From positions 1 to 18,477 of the forward strand of contig JBHIAH010000051.1 in the NCBI GenBank assembly GCA_046758505.1: a stretch of DNA of 18,477 nucleotides, given 5' to 3'. How positions within the stretch are numbered: the stretch's first letter is position 1; every line of letters begins with the position of its first letter. The position numbers were made by a program, and so were the translations under genes. The stretch comes from Candidatus Methylomirabilales bacterium (GTDB lineage: Bacteria; Methylomirabilota; Methylomirabilia; Methylomirabilales; CSP1-5). Below are positions 1 through 8,668 of this stretch, in pieces. A model generated the notes under the pieces. It worked only from the letters and a program-made list of their open reading frames with translations, was not told the DNA's origin and made no database searches.

Positions 1-125
1 CCAGGCCGACGAGGGGCAGTCTTTTCCCTTGACGTGGTTTTTCATAGGTGACCCCGAGATTTCCGAGATTTCGAGATTTTGGCCCCAGGGCTGTGTGCGC
101 TTGCCATGGGACTGCGGGAGGCGGT

Positions 126-1208
126 TTAGGTGTCTGGGGTGGACCCGGAGGGAAGGCGTTGGGGGGGCTCGGGGAGAGTGCTGGAGAGGCGGTGCGTCAG
201 CCGTTGTACGGTGATGAGACGCTCCATGGCCTTTTCGAGGGTGGGGATCATCGCGGGGTGGTGGTGGGTGGCGGTGTTAAGGAGTTCCTCCAGGTAGCCC
301 TCGAGCGATTCGAGGGGGGGACCGAAATCCTCAGCAAGGTTCGACAGGGCCAAGACCGCGGTCGACTCTCGTTCTCGGTCCATCAACCTGGTCTGCTCGA
401 TGACGGTGGCGGCATGCAACGCGATCGCCTCGAGCAGTGTCAGGTCCACCTGGCTGAACGGGCGCCCATCGACGTGATTCAGGAGCTGGACGACGCCGAT
501 GATTCCCCGGCTGCTCTTCAAGGGAACGCACAGAATCGAACGGGTGATAAAGCCACTCGCCTTGTCTACGCCGCCTGAGAAGCGTGGATCGGCGCTCACG
601 TCCGGGACGAGGAGGGCCTGTCCGGTCTGGGCGACCCACCCGGCGATGCCCTGCCCGGGGGCGAGCCGGCGGCCGCGGAGCCGATCCGCGACGGGTCCCA
701 GGGCAACGGCGAAGACCAGTTCCCCGGTGGCCTCCTCCCGCATGAGGAGGGAGGCCGCCTCGGCGTGCAGCGCGCCAGCAATCCGCTCGATGGCCAGCTC
801 CAGGACCCGTTTGAGGTTATGGGTGGAATTGAGAATGCTGGCTACGTGGTTCAGGGCGTCGAGTTCCTCGATCCGACGCTTGAAGAGCGTGATGTCCTGA
901 ACGACGGCGAGAAAGCCGGGGGATCTCTCTCGGGGAGAGAGGAGGGTGAGGGTGAGGCGCAGGTGTCGTTGGCCGTGGGGGAGCTCGAGGACCTCCCGTT
1001 CCGGCGCCGTGGGGCCTGCGAGACGTGCAATGGCGGCGGCTACCGTGTTCGCGTTTTCGCCCCAGACGGTAGCGAGGGTGGCCCCGATGAGATGAACCCC
1101 GGGCGCCCAGAGCAACTCGATGGCAGCCGGGTTGGCCCCGATGACGCGGCCCCTGGCGTCCGTCTCGAGCACCCCCTCGCCCAAGTGCTGGAGGATGGGA
1201 TCCTCCAT
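126..1208 (-). CDS. PAS + GAF domain sensory protein with degenerate HisKA-like C-terminal helix (no catalytic domain)
   Basis: Likely start MEDPILQHLGEGVLETDARGRVIGANPAA (PAS signature), with AGGA upstream. GAF domain motifs: GQGIAGWVAQTGQ, DVSADPRF, TRSILCVPL, GVVQLLN, FSQVDLTLL. An alternative ATG lies at 1247. Confidence 0.85.
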   Translation of the reverse strand: MEDPILQHLGEGVLETDARGRVIGANPAAIELLWAPGVHLIGATLATVWGENANTVAAAIARLAGPTAPEREVLELPHGQRHLRLTLTLLSPRERSPGFLAVVQDITLFKRRIEELDALNHVASILNSTHNLKRVLELAIERIAGALHAEAASLLMREEATGELVFAVALGPVADRLRGRRLAPGQGIAGWVAQTGQALLVPDVSADPRFSGGVDKASGFITRSILCVPLKSSRGIIGVVQLLNHVDGRPFSQVDLTLLEAIALHAATVIEQTRLMDRERESTAVLALSNLAEDFGPPLESLEGYLEELLNTATHHHPAMIPTLEKAMERLITVQRLTHRLSSTLPEPPQRLPSGSTPDT

Positions 1209-1333
1209 GGGGTTCCTGCGTCTCGTGGTTTTGATGCCTGGATGCATGGTCCCTCGTGACTTCCTCTGGGATATCCTGTGAGGCCGCATAGTTGACGCGA
1301 GTGCGCCGAGAGTCAAGCACTGCCTTACGAACG

Positions 1334-1350
1334 AGCAAGTGGTGTGCCAG
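1334..1350 (-). promoter_or_regulatory. sigma54 (-24/-12) promoter for the PAS-GAF gene
   Basis: Minus strand reads CTGGCAC-ACCAC-TTGCT, matching the TGGCAC-N5-TTGC consensus, about 125 bp upstream of the start codon. Confidence 0.75.
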
Positions 1351-1374
1351 TTGCCCAATTCTACTGAGTTTTTA

Positions 1375-1403
1375 TTGACCCGGCGCGAAATATCAGGTAC
1401 CCT
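1375..1403 (+). promoter_or_regulatory. putative sigma70 promoter of argS
   Basis: TTGACC-N17-TACCCT, 24 bp upstream of the ATG at 1428. Confidence 0.5.
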
Positions 1404-1427
1404 TCGCCAGGATTGACCAGGGCGAAA

Positions 1428-3122
1428 ATGACGCAACTTGCCAAACTCAAGGCGGAAATTAGCGAGGAGTTACGCCAGATCCTGCGGCGGGCGGCGGAGG
1501 CAGGTGAGGTGCCACCCGTCGAGGGGCTCGAGGTGACCTGGGAGTACCCCGTCGAGTCCGCTTTTGGGGATCTGGCGACACCGGTCGCCTTTGCCCTCGC
1601 CCGGTCCCTCCGCCAGAAACCTCGAATCATCGCGCAACTCATTCAGCAGCGCCTCGATCTGGATCCGCAGATTGTGGACCGGGTCGAGGTGGCGGGCACC
1701 GGGTACCTCAACGTCTTTCTCAGCAAAGGCTTCTGGCGGCAAGTGGTTCCCGAGATCCTCGGGGCGGGGACGCGGTATGGGCGGAGTCGGCTCGGCGCGG
1801 GTCAACGGGTTCAGGTCGAGTTTGTCAGCGCGAATCCGACCGGGCCCCTCCATGTCGGCCACGGGCGCGGTGCCGCAGTGGGGGATGCCCTGGCGAATCT
1901 GCTGGATGCCATGGGGTTTGCGGTGGAGCGGGAGTTTTACATCAATGATGCCGGCACGCAGATCGAGATGCTGGCCCGCTCGGTCCTGGCCCGCTACCGG
2001 CAGGGCTCGGGCGTGGACGTGGCCTTTCCCGAGGACGGGTACCACGGGGAGTACGTCGGGGAGCTGGCGGCCAGACTCCGGGAAGAGTATGGGGAAAAAT
2101 TCGTGGAGTGCCCGGATCGGGAATGTCTTCCCGCTATCGGCGAGTTTGCGATCCGCCTCATGCTGGAGGAGCTCAAGGGAGATCTGGAGCGGTTCGGGAT
2201 CCGCTTTAATTCCTGGTTTAGCGAGAAGGCGCTGCTCCACCGGTGGGGTCCCCCCGATCGGGCTCGGTTGCTGCAAGCGGCCCGCGATCTCTTTGGCCAG
2301 CACGTCTATGAAGAGGAGGGAGCCATCTGGCTGGCCACATCTGCCTTTGGGGATGACAAGGATCGGGTCCTGATCCGGGCGACTGGTGAGCCGACGTACT
2401 TCCTCTCCGATTGTTTTTACCATCGGGACAAGTTTGCCCGCGGGTTTGACCGCCTGATCGATGTCTGGGGGGCCGACCACCACGGCTACATCCCGAGAGT
2501 CAAAGCCGCCCTCCGGGCCGTGGGGTGTCCTGCCGAGGCCTTCCACGTGCTCCTGGTCCAGATGGTCACGGTCCTCCGGGGGGGGGTGCCCGTTCCCATG
2601 TCCAAACGGAGCGGGAAGTTCGTGACGTTGGCCGAGGTCGTACGTGAGGTCGGCAAGGATGCGGCCCGCTTCATCTTTCTCACCCGCCGCTCGGACAGCC
2701 CCCTGGATTTCGACCTCGAGGTCGCCAAGGCCCAGTCGATGGAGAACCCGGTCTACTATGTGCAGTACGGCCACGCGCGGATCAGCAGCGTCCTGCGGGA
2801 GGCGGAAAAGGCTGGGGTCCCGGGCCCGTATGTCGGTGCTCCACTGGAGCTTTTGGATCTGCCCGAAGAGCTGTCGCTGTTGAAGCAAACTGCGCTGTAT
2901 CCCGAAGTCGTCGAGTCGGCGGCGCTCGCGTACGAGCCGCACCGGATCCCGGCCTACTTGCAGAATTTGGCAGGGGAGTTGCATAGTTATTACAATAAAC
3001 ATCGGATCATCAGTGCGGATCGGTCGCTGACCCAGGCGCGGCTCGCACTCGTATCGGCCGTCCGGACGGTGCTGGCCAACGCGTTGGGCCTCTTGGGCGT
3101 GGCGGCGCCTGAACGCATGTAA
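1428..3122 (+). CDS. argS: arginine--tRNA ligase
   Basis: VEFVSANPTGPLHVGHGR (HIGH motif), WGADHHGY, MSKRSG, ENPVYYVQYGHAR and the C-terminal GLLGVAAPERM. Confidence 0.98.
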   Translation: MTQLAKLKAEISEELRQILRRAAEAGEVPPVEGLEVTWEYPVESAFGDLATPVAFALARSLRQKPRIIAQLIQQRLDLDPQIVDRVEVAGTGYLNVFLSKGFWRQVVPEILGAGTRYGRSRLGAGQRVQVEFVSANPTGPLHVGHGRGAAVGDALANLLDAMGFAVEREFYINDAGTQIEMLARSVLARYRQGSGVDVAFPEDGYHGEYVGELAARLREEYGEKFVECPDRECLPAIGEFAIRLMLEELKGDLERFGIRFNSWFSEKALLHRWGPPDRARLLQAARDLFGQHVYEEEGAIWLATSAFGDDKDRVLIRATGEPTYFLSDCFYHRDKFARGFDRLIDVWGADHHGYIPRVKAALRAVGCPAEAFHVLLVQMVTVLRGGVPVPMSKRSGKFVTLAEVVREVGKDAARFIFLTRRSDSPLDFDLEVAKAQSMENPVYYVQYGHARISSVLREAEKAGVPGPYVGAPLELLDLPEELSLLKQTALYPEVVESAALAYEPHRIPAYLQNLAGELHSYYNKHRIISADRSLTQARLALVSAVRTVLANALGLLGVAAPERM

Positions 3123-3126
3123 GAGA

Positions 3127-3204
3127 GACCGACGACCGGTGACCGATGACAGTTGACCGGAAGGGACAGGAGGTGTATTTTCCTCCTGTCATCGGTCTTC
3201 GGTT
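3127..3204. repeat. 7-bp-periodic GACCGAY-type array plus 9-bp hairpin after the argS stop
   Basis: GACCGAC GACCGGT GACCGAT GACAGTT GACCGGA (3127-3161), then GACAGGAGG-N8-CCTCCTGTC (3165-3190), then inverted units ATCGGTC TTCGGTT. Confidence 0.75.
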
Positions 3205-3363
3205 GGCGGATGTCGTGTGTTCGTCTTCGCTCAAGAGTCGTTGCGGTCGGCGGTGGCAGGGGCTGAGAGCGGAGAGTCGAGTGTCCAGTGGTGGAAGCTG
3301 GTTCTTGCTGATTGCTGGCCGCTGTTCTTATCGGTCGTCGGTCATCGGGTTAAGGGAGCGGAG

Positions 3364-4530
3364 ATGGAAGAATTTGGACGGATGAAGCGACTCCCCCCCT
3401 ATGTCTTCAGCGTCGTCAACGAGCTGAAGACCAAGGCACGGGCGCGCGGGGAGGACATTATCGATTTCGGCATGGGGAACCCGGACCAGCCGACGCCGAA
3501 GCATATCGTCGAGAAGCTCTGTGAGGCGGCTCGAAATCCTCGAAACCATCGCTACTCCGCCTCGCGGGGGATCACCAGGCTCCGGGGAGCGATCGCCGAG
3601 TGGTACGGCCGCCGGTACGGGGTGAAGATCGATCCCGATACCGAGGCGATCGCCACCATCGGGGCGAAGGAAGGGATTTCTCACCTGGCCCTGGCGGTCG
3701 TCGAAAGGGGGGATGTGGCACTGGTCCCGAGTCCCACCTATCCCATCCATGCCTACTCGGTCGTCATCGCAGGCGGAGATGTCCGGAACGTCCCCCTGGG
3801 ACCGGGGATCGACTTCTTCGAGAAGTTACAGGAAGCGTACAAGGCGTGCTGGCCCCCACCCAAGCTTCTCATCCTGAGCTTTCCCCATAATCCCACGACG
3901 CAAGTCGTGGACCTCCAGTTTTTCCACAAGATCGTCGAGTTTGCCAGGGCGCACCGCCTGCTGGTGATCCATGACTTTGCCTATGCCGATCTCACCTTCG
4001 ACGGATACCGGGCCCCGAGCTTCTTGGAGGTTCCAGGGGCGCGGGAGGTCGGGGTGGAGTTCTTCAGCCTCTCGAAGAGCTACAACATGCCGGGGTGGCG
4101 CGTCGGCTTCGCTGTCGGGAACCGGCAGATCATCGCGGCCCTGGCCCAGATCAAGAGCTATCTGGACTATGGCCACTTCCAGCCGATCCAGATTGCCTCG
4201 ATCATTGCACTGAAGGGCCCGCAGGACTGTGTGCGGGACATCGTGGGGACGTACAAGGCCCGGCGGGATGTGCTGGTGAACGGGCTGAACCGGCTCGGCT
4301 GGCCGTGTGAGAAGCCCCAGGCAACGATGTTCGTCTGGGCCAAGATCCCCGAGGCTTACCGGAACATGGGGTCCCTGGAATTTGCGAAGTTTCTGTTGGA
4401 AAAGGCCAAGGTAGCGGTCTCTCCGGGGATCGGGTTCGGCGCCCTGGGGGATGCCTATGTCCGTTTCGCCCTCGTCGAGAACCAGCACCGGACCCGCCAG
4501 GCGCTGCACGGGATCAAGCGGGCCCTCTGA
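3364..4530 (+). CDS. alaC: PLP-dependent class I/II aminotransferase, AlaC/DapL-like
   Basis: [31 protein letters not shown] and [14 protein letters not shown] (PLP lysine). Strongly resembles the AlaC/YfdZ group, but an LL-DAP aminotransferase role is not excluded. Confidence 0.85.
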   Translation: MEEFGRMKRLPPYVFSVVNELKTKARARGEDIIDFGMGNPDQPTPKHIVEKLCEAARNPRNHRYSASRGITRLRGAIAEWYGRRYGVKIDPDTEAIATIGAKEGISHLALAVVERGDVALVPSPTYPIHAYSVVIAGGDVRNVPLGPGIDFFEKLQEAYKACWPPPKLLILSFPHNPTTQVVDLQFFHKIVEFARAHRLLVIHDFAYADLTFDGYRAPSFLEVPGAREVGVEFFSLSKSYNMPGWRVGFAVGNRQIIAALAQIKSYLDYGHFQPIQIASIIALKGPQDCVRDIVGTYKARRDVLVNGLNRLGWPCEKPQATMFVWAKIPEAYRNMGSLEFAKFLLEKAKVAVSPGIGFGALGDAYVRFALVENQHRTRQALHGIKRAL

Positions 4531-4552
4531 GCGGAGGAAGGACCTTTGGCTC

Positions 4553-4581
4553 TTGTCAGGACAGGGAACGTTCGATATAGT
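4553..4581 (+). promoter_or_regulatory. sigma70 promoter of purF, likely giving a leaderless transcript
   Basis: TTGTCA-N17-TATAGT followed by only 6 nt before ATG 4588, with no SD in between. Confidence 0.65.
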
Positions 4582-4587
4582 CAAGCC

Positions 4588-5997
4588 ATGAGCGAGGAGC
4601 CGGATAAGTTCCGGGACGCCTGCGGCGTCTTCGGGATCTGTGGCCATTCAGAGGCCGCCAATCTTACCTACCTCGGTCTGTACGCCCTGCAGCATCGTGG
4701 CCAGGAATCGGCGGGGATCGCGTGTTCCGACGGCAAGACGATCCACGTCGAGAAGGCGATGGGTCTCGTGGCCGATGTCTTCACCGAGGCCCGCCTCCGG
4801 CGGCTCCCAGGCGAAATCGCCATCGGGCACGTCCGATATTCCACGTCCGGGTCCAGCCAGCTCAAGAATGCTCAGCCCTTTCTCGCGGGGACGCATCGCG
4901 GCTCCCTGGCGCTTGCCCACAACGGGAACCTGGTCAACGCCGCGCGGATCCGGGCGGATCTGGAGGGTCACGGGTCCGTCTTTAGCTCCACCTCGGACAC
5001 CGAGGTTATTCTGCATCTGGTGGCGCGTTCGCAGGCGGAGAACTTGGTCGATGCGGCCGCCGAGGCGCTGCTGCACCTGCACGGGGCGTACTCGTTGGTC
5101 CTGATGAACGAGCGGCAGCTTCTCGGGATCCGCGACCCCCGGGGCTTTCGCCCCCTCTCCCTAGGCCAGTTCAAGGACGGCTACGTGCTCGCCTCCGAAT
5201 CGTGTGCCTTTGACCTGATCGGGGCGACCTTTGTGCGGGATGTGGAGCCGGGCGAGTTTTTGCTGATCGACGAGCGTGGAGTGCACTCTTACTTTCCCCT
5301 CTCGGTGGCACTCCCCTCCATGTGTATGTTCGAGTATGTGTACTTCGCCCGTCCCGACAGCCTGGTCTATGGTCAGCATGTCTCTCGGGTCCGAAAGGAG
5401 CTGGGCCACCACTTGGCCCAGGAGGCTCCCGCCGATGCCGATATCGTGATTGCTGTTCCCGACTCTGGGATTTACGCCGCCTTGGGCTTTGCCCAGGAAG
5501 CGGGCCTCCCGTACGAGCGGGGCATGGTTCGGAACCACTACGTGGGACGGACCTTCATCGAGCCCAAGAACTCTATCCGCCATTTTGGGGTCAAGGTGAA
5601 GTTGAACGCCGTTCGGGATGTCCTGGAGGGAAAACGGGTCGTCGTGGTGGATGACTCCATCGTGCGGGGGACGACCAGCCGGAAGATCGTCTTCATGCTC
5701 CGGTCGGCCGGTGCGCGGGAGGTTCATATGCGGATCAGCTCGCCCCCGACCACCTGGCCGTGTTACTACGGGATTGATACGCCGACCCGCCGGGAACTGA
5801 TCGCGTCTTCGCACACCGTGGAAGAGATCCAGCGATATATTGGCGCCGATTCGTTGGCATACCTCAGCCTGAAAGGCCTCGTGGCGGCGGTGGGCAAGGA
5901 TGACGGGTACTGTGCGGCGTGTTGGACTGGCGGATACCCGGTGGACTTTCCGGGCCAGGCGGGGCGACAGTTGAACCTCTTCACGGATCTCGGATAA
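4588..5997 (+). CDS. purF: amidophosphoribosyltransferase (Bacillus-type, propeptide and Fe-S cysteines)
   Basis: 11-residue propeptide then [33 protein letters not shown] (PRPP motif), PCYYGID and YCAACW. Confidence 0.98.
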   Translation: MSEEPDKFRDACGVFGICGHSEAANLTYLGLYALQHRGQESAGIACSDGKTIHVEKAMGLVADVFTEARLRRLPGEIAIGHVRYSTSGSSQLKNAQPFLAGTHRGSLALAHNGNLVNAARIRADLEGHGSVFSSTSDTEVILHLVARSQAENLVDAAAEALLHLHGAYSLVLMNERQLLGIRDPRGFRPLSLGQFKDGYVLASESCAFDLIGATFVRDVEPGEFLLIDERGVHSYFPLSVALPSMCMFEYVYFARPDSLVYGQHVSRVRKELGHHLAQEAPADADIVIAVPDSGIYAALGFAQEAGLPYERGMVRNHYVGRTFIEPKNSIRHFGVKVKLNAVRDVLEGKRVVVVDDSIVRGTTSRKIVFMLRSAGAREVHMRISSPPTTWPCYYGIDTPTRRELIASSHTVEEIQRYIGADSLAYLSLKGLVAAVGKDDGYCAACWTGGYPVDFPGQAGRQLNLFTDLG

Positions 5998-6009
5998 AGG
6001 GGAGAAACG

Positions 6010-6279
6010 ATGGCGGTCTCTACGGATCCTCACGAGCGGGCGCGGCGGCTCGCGCGGCTGATTGTGGCCGATATCATCCTCTATAATCAGTCCAAGATCG
6101 ACGAGGGGATCAAAAACGACACCCTCTTTGATGTCCTGGCCGAGGATATCGACGTCGCCCGTCGGTATTACGAAAAGCATGTGGACCCCGCTGTAGCCCG
6201 GGAGGCGAATTACTTCGACCTGGCCCTGGTCGATATCTTGGTCAAGGGACGGCAGGAAATCCCGTCCACGATCTGGTAA
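6010..6279 (+). CDS. romX: RomX-like small protein (putative MglA GEF subunit)
   Basis: 89 aa with GGGGAG SD. The pattern ARRLARLIVADIILYN..KI..GI.ND.LF.VL...NYF..A..DI...S.IW matches my recollection of M. xanthus RomX (about 88 aa, ending in IW). Confidence 0.75.
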   Translation: MAVSTDPHERARRLARLIVADIILYNQSKIDEGIKNDTLFDVLAEDIDVARRYYEKHVDPAVAREANYFDLALVDILVKGRQEIPSTIW

Positions 6280-6357
6280 GAGGCGTCTCCCACAACCACG
6301 GTCTGTATCTCTCCTTCCGACAACGACACAAAGAGTGTGGGTGGATTGGAGGAGGAG

Positions 6358-6378
6358 AAGGCCCCCGAGGGGGCCTTT
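6358..6378 (+). terminator. GC-rich hairpin (possible terminator or attenuator) between romX and hppA
   Basis: AAGGCCCC-CGAG-GGGGCCTT followed by only a short T run. Confidence 0.45.
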
Positions 6379-6415
6379 CGCGCTCCGTCTGAGCACGGGG
6401 GAGTGGAGGATTTCA

Positions 6416-8386
6416 ATGGCGATGGTGGCGGTGGTGGCAGGACTGATTGGCCTGGGGTATGCAAAATATCTTTCCTCGTATGTCATGAAACAGCCGGAGG
6501 GGACGGACCGGATGGTGGAGATCTCATCCGCCATTCGTCAGGGCGCCCGCGCCTTTCTCGCCCGCGAGTTCCGCGCGCTGGCCCTGTTTGCCGTCGTGTT
6601 GTTCCTCGCCCTGGGCATAATCGTCTCGTGGGGTGGCGCGCTGGCCTACCTGTTCGGAACGTTCACGTCGGCCCTGGCCGCCTACCTCGGGATGTCCATC
6701 GCCACCCGGGCCAATGCGCGGACGGCTCACGCTGCCGTGAGCAGCTATGCCACGGCGCTGAAGACCGCCTACTCGAGCGGGGGCGTCATGGGGTTCTGCG
6801 TGGTGGGGTTGGGCCTCTTCGGGCTCGGGGTGGTCTACCTCGTCGCTCCGGGTAACTTCGAGATGTGGCTCATCTATGCCTTTGGCGCCTCCTCGGTGGC
6901 CCTGTTCCTTCGTGTGGGCGGGGGGATCTTTACCAAGAGTGCCGATGTCGGCGCGGATCTGGTGGGCAAGGTGGAGGCCGGGATCCCGGAGGACGATCCG
7001 CGCAATCCGGCCGTGATCGCCGACAACGTGGGGGACAACGTGGGGGACATCGCCGGCATGGGCTCGGACCTGTTCGAGTCCTACGTGTCGGCGGTGGCGG
7101 CCTCGATGGTGCTGGGGGCGCACTTGGGCCCCCGGGGAATCCTGCTGCCGATGTATCTCGCCGCGGTGGGCATTGTCTCTTCCGTGGTCGGGACCCTGTT
7201 TGTCCGTCCCCCCGAGGTGAGCGGGTCCTTCGAGGCGCAGGCCGCCCAGGCCCGGCGCAGCATGAACACGGGGCTTTACATGTCCAATATCTTGGCCGTG
7301 GTGGGGGCCGTGATCCTGGTGTGGCTCTACCTCGGGGACTTGAACATCTTCTGGGCCCTCGTGCTCGGGCTGGCTTGTGGGACGGGCATTGGAATCGGGA
7401 CTGAATACTACACCGCGGAGAAGGCGCCCGTGATTGGGATCGCCCGGGCAAGCGAGACCGGGCCCGCAACCACGCTCATCGAGGGGATGGCCGTCGGGAT
7501 GATGAGCACCATTCCCCCCATCGTCCTGGTGGCGATTGCGACGGTGGGGTCCTTCCAGTTGGGGGGGCTGTACGGGATCGCCATTGCCTCCATGGGCATG
7601 CTGGTCACGCTGGGGAGCGTGTTGGCCATCGACTGTTACGGGCCCATTGTGGACAACGCCGCCGGTATCGCCGAGATGGCGCACCTGGGGACGGAGGTCC
7701 GCGAGCGCTGCGAGGCGCTGGATTCGGTGGGCAACACCACGGCGGCAGTCGGCAAGGGTTTTGCCATCGGGTCGGCGGCGTTGGCCTCCCTGGCCTGGCT
7801 GGCGACCTACTTCGAGGTTGCCAAGGTCGAGTCGGTGAGTCTCACCGATGTCCACGTGATGGCCGGCCTGTTTATCGGGTGTCTCCTTCCCTTTGTCTTT
7901 AGCGCCCTCGCGATGCGGGGCGTCGGGGCCGGCGGCCATGACATGGTTGCCGAGGTGCGGCGCCAGTTCAAGGAGATTCCTGGCCTGATGGCGGGCAAGG
8001 GCAAGCCTGACTACATCGCGTGCGTGGACATCGCCACCCGAAGAGCGCTCCGCTCGATGTTGCTGCCGGGACTGATCGTCATCATCACTCCCGTGGCGCT
8101 CGGGCTGCTCCTCGGCGTCGCCTCGCTGGCCGGCCTCTTGATGGGGGCGCTCTTGAGCGGCTTTGTCCTGGCCGTCTTCATGGCCAACGCCGGCGGGGCC
8201 TGGGATAACGCCAAGAAGTACATCGAGGCCGGCAATCTGGGGGGGAAGGGGAGTGAGGCGCACAAGGCGGCGATCATCGGCGATACGGTCGGGGATCCCT
8301 TTAAGGACACCGCCGGCCCCTCGCTCAACATCCTGATCAAGCTGGTAGGGAAGGTGGCGGTGATCTTTTCTCCGCTCTTCCTCTAA
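6416..8386 (+). CDS. hppA: membrane-bound ion-translocating pyrophosphatase, K+-dependent, probably Na+-pumping
   Basis: GGGIFTKSADVGADLVGKVE, EDDPRN, DNVGDNVGD, GMGSDLFESY, GNTTAAVG (Ala form) and GDTVGDPFKDTAGP. SD GGAGGA lies 5 nt before the ATG. Confidence 0.97.
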   Translation: MAMVAVVAGLIGLGYAKYLSSYVMKQPEGTDRMVEISSAIRQGARAFLAREFRALALFAVVLFLALGIIVSWGGALAYLFGTFTSALAAYLGMSIATRANARTAHAAVSSYATALKTAYSSGGVMGFCVVGLGLFGLGVVYLVAPGNFEMWLIYAFGASSVALFLRVGGGIFTKSADVGADLVGKVEAGIPEDDPRNPAVIADNVGDNVGDIAGMGSDLFESYVSAVAASMVLGAHLGPRGILLPMYLAAVGIVSSVVGTLFVRPPEVSGSFEAQAAQARRSMNTGLYMSNILAVVGAVILVWLYLGDLNIFWALVLGLACGTGIGIGTEYYTAEKAPVIGIARASETGPATTLIEGMAVGMMSTIPPIVLVAIATVGSFQLGGLYGIAIASMGMLVTLGSVLAIDCYGPIVDNAAGIAEMAHLGTEVRERCEALDSVGNTTAAVGKGFAIGSAALASLAWLATYFEVAKVESVSLTDVHVMAGLFIGCLLPFVFSALAMRGVGAGGHDMVAEVRRQFKEIPGLMAGKGKPDYIACVDIATRRALRSMLLPGLIVIITPVALGLLLGVASLAGLLMGALLSGFVLAVFMANAGGAWDNAKKYIEAGNLGGKGSEAHKAAIIGDTVGDPFKDTAGPSLNILIKLVGKVAVIFSPLFL

Positions 8387-8390
8387 CGGA

Positions 8391-8632
8391 GACTGACGAC
8401 CGATGACCGTTGACCGACCATCTGGTTCACAGTTCACGGTTCATGGTTCACGGTCAAAACCTGGGGCACATCGAGAACTGTGAAGCCTTAAGGTAAGACT
8501 CCTTCGGTTTAGCGTTCCATCTGGCTCCGTGGACCGTAAGCTGTGGGCCCTCAGCTCGCGGCTGTGAACCGCGAATCCCCAGGTGTCAGACGTCAGCGGG
8601 GAAATCCTCAAGCTGAAAGCTGATAGCTGACA
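8391..8632. repeat. intergenic cluster of 7-bp-periodic repeats and inverted repeats
   Basis: GACTGAC GACCGAT GACCGTT GACCGAC (8391-8418); GGTTCAC AGTTCAC GGTTCAT GGTTCAC (8424-8451); AGCTGAA AGCTGAT AGCTGAC (8611-8631). Confidence 0.75.
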
Positions 8633-8668
8633 GGTGTATGCTGACTGCGGAGTGGTGAGGGCGGTGCA

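Noticed and set aside
1..45. Possible minus-strand gene start (MKNHVKGKD...) at the left edge
   Set aside because: Only 15 codons are visible and there is no clear SD, so it is too little to call.
1209..1436. N-terminal extension of the PAS-GAF ORF to 1436
   Set aside because: It spans the sigma54 and argS promoters and is not domain-like; starts at 1208 or 1247 have SD-like sites.
3217..3363. N-terminal extension of the aminotransferase
   Set aside because: It runs through the repeat region; the SD and family homology support ATG 3364.
8391..8458. CRISPR array
   Set aside because: Units are 7 bp with no spacers, and no cas genes are present.
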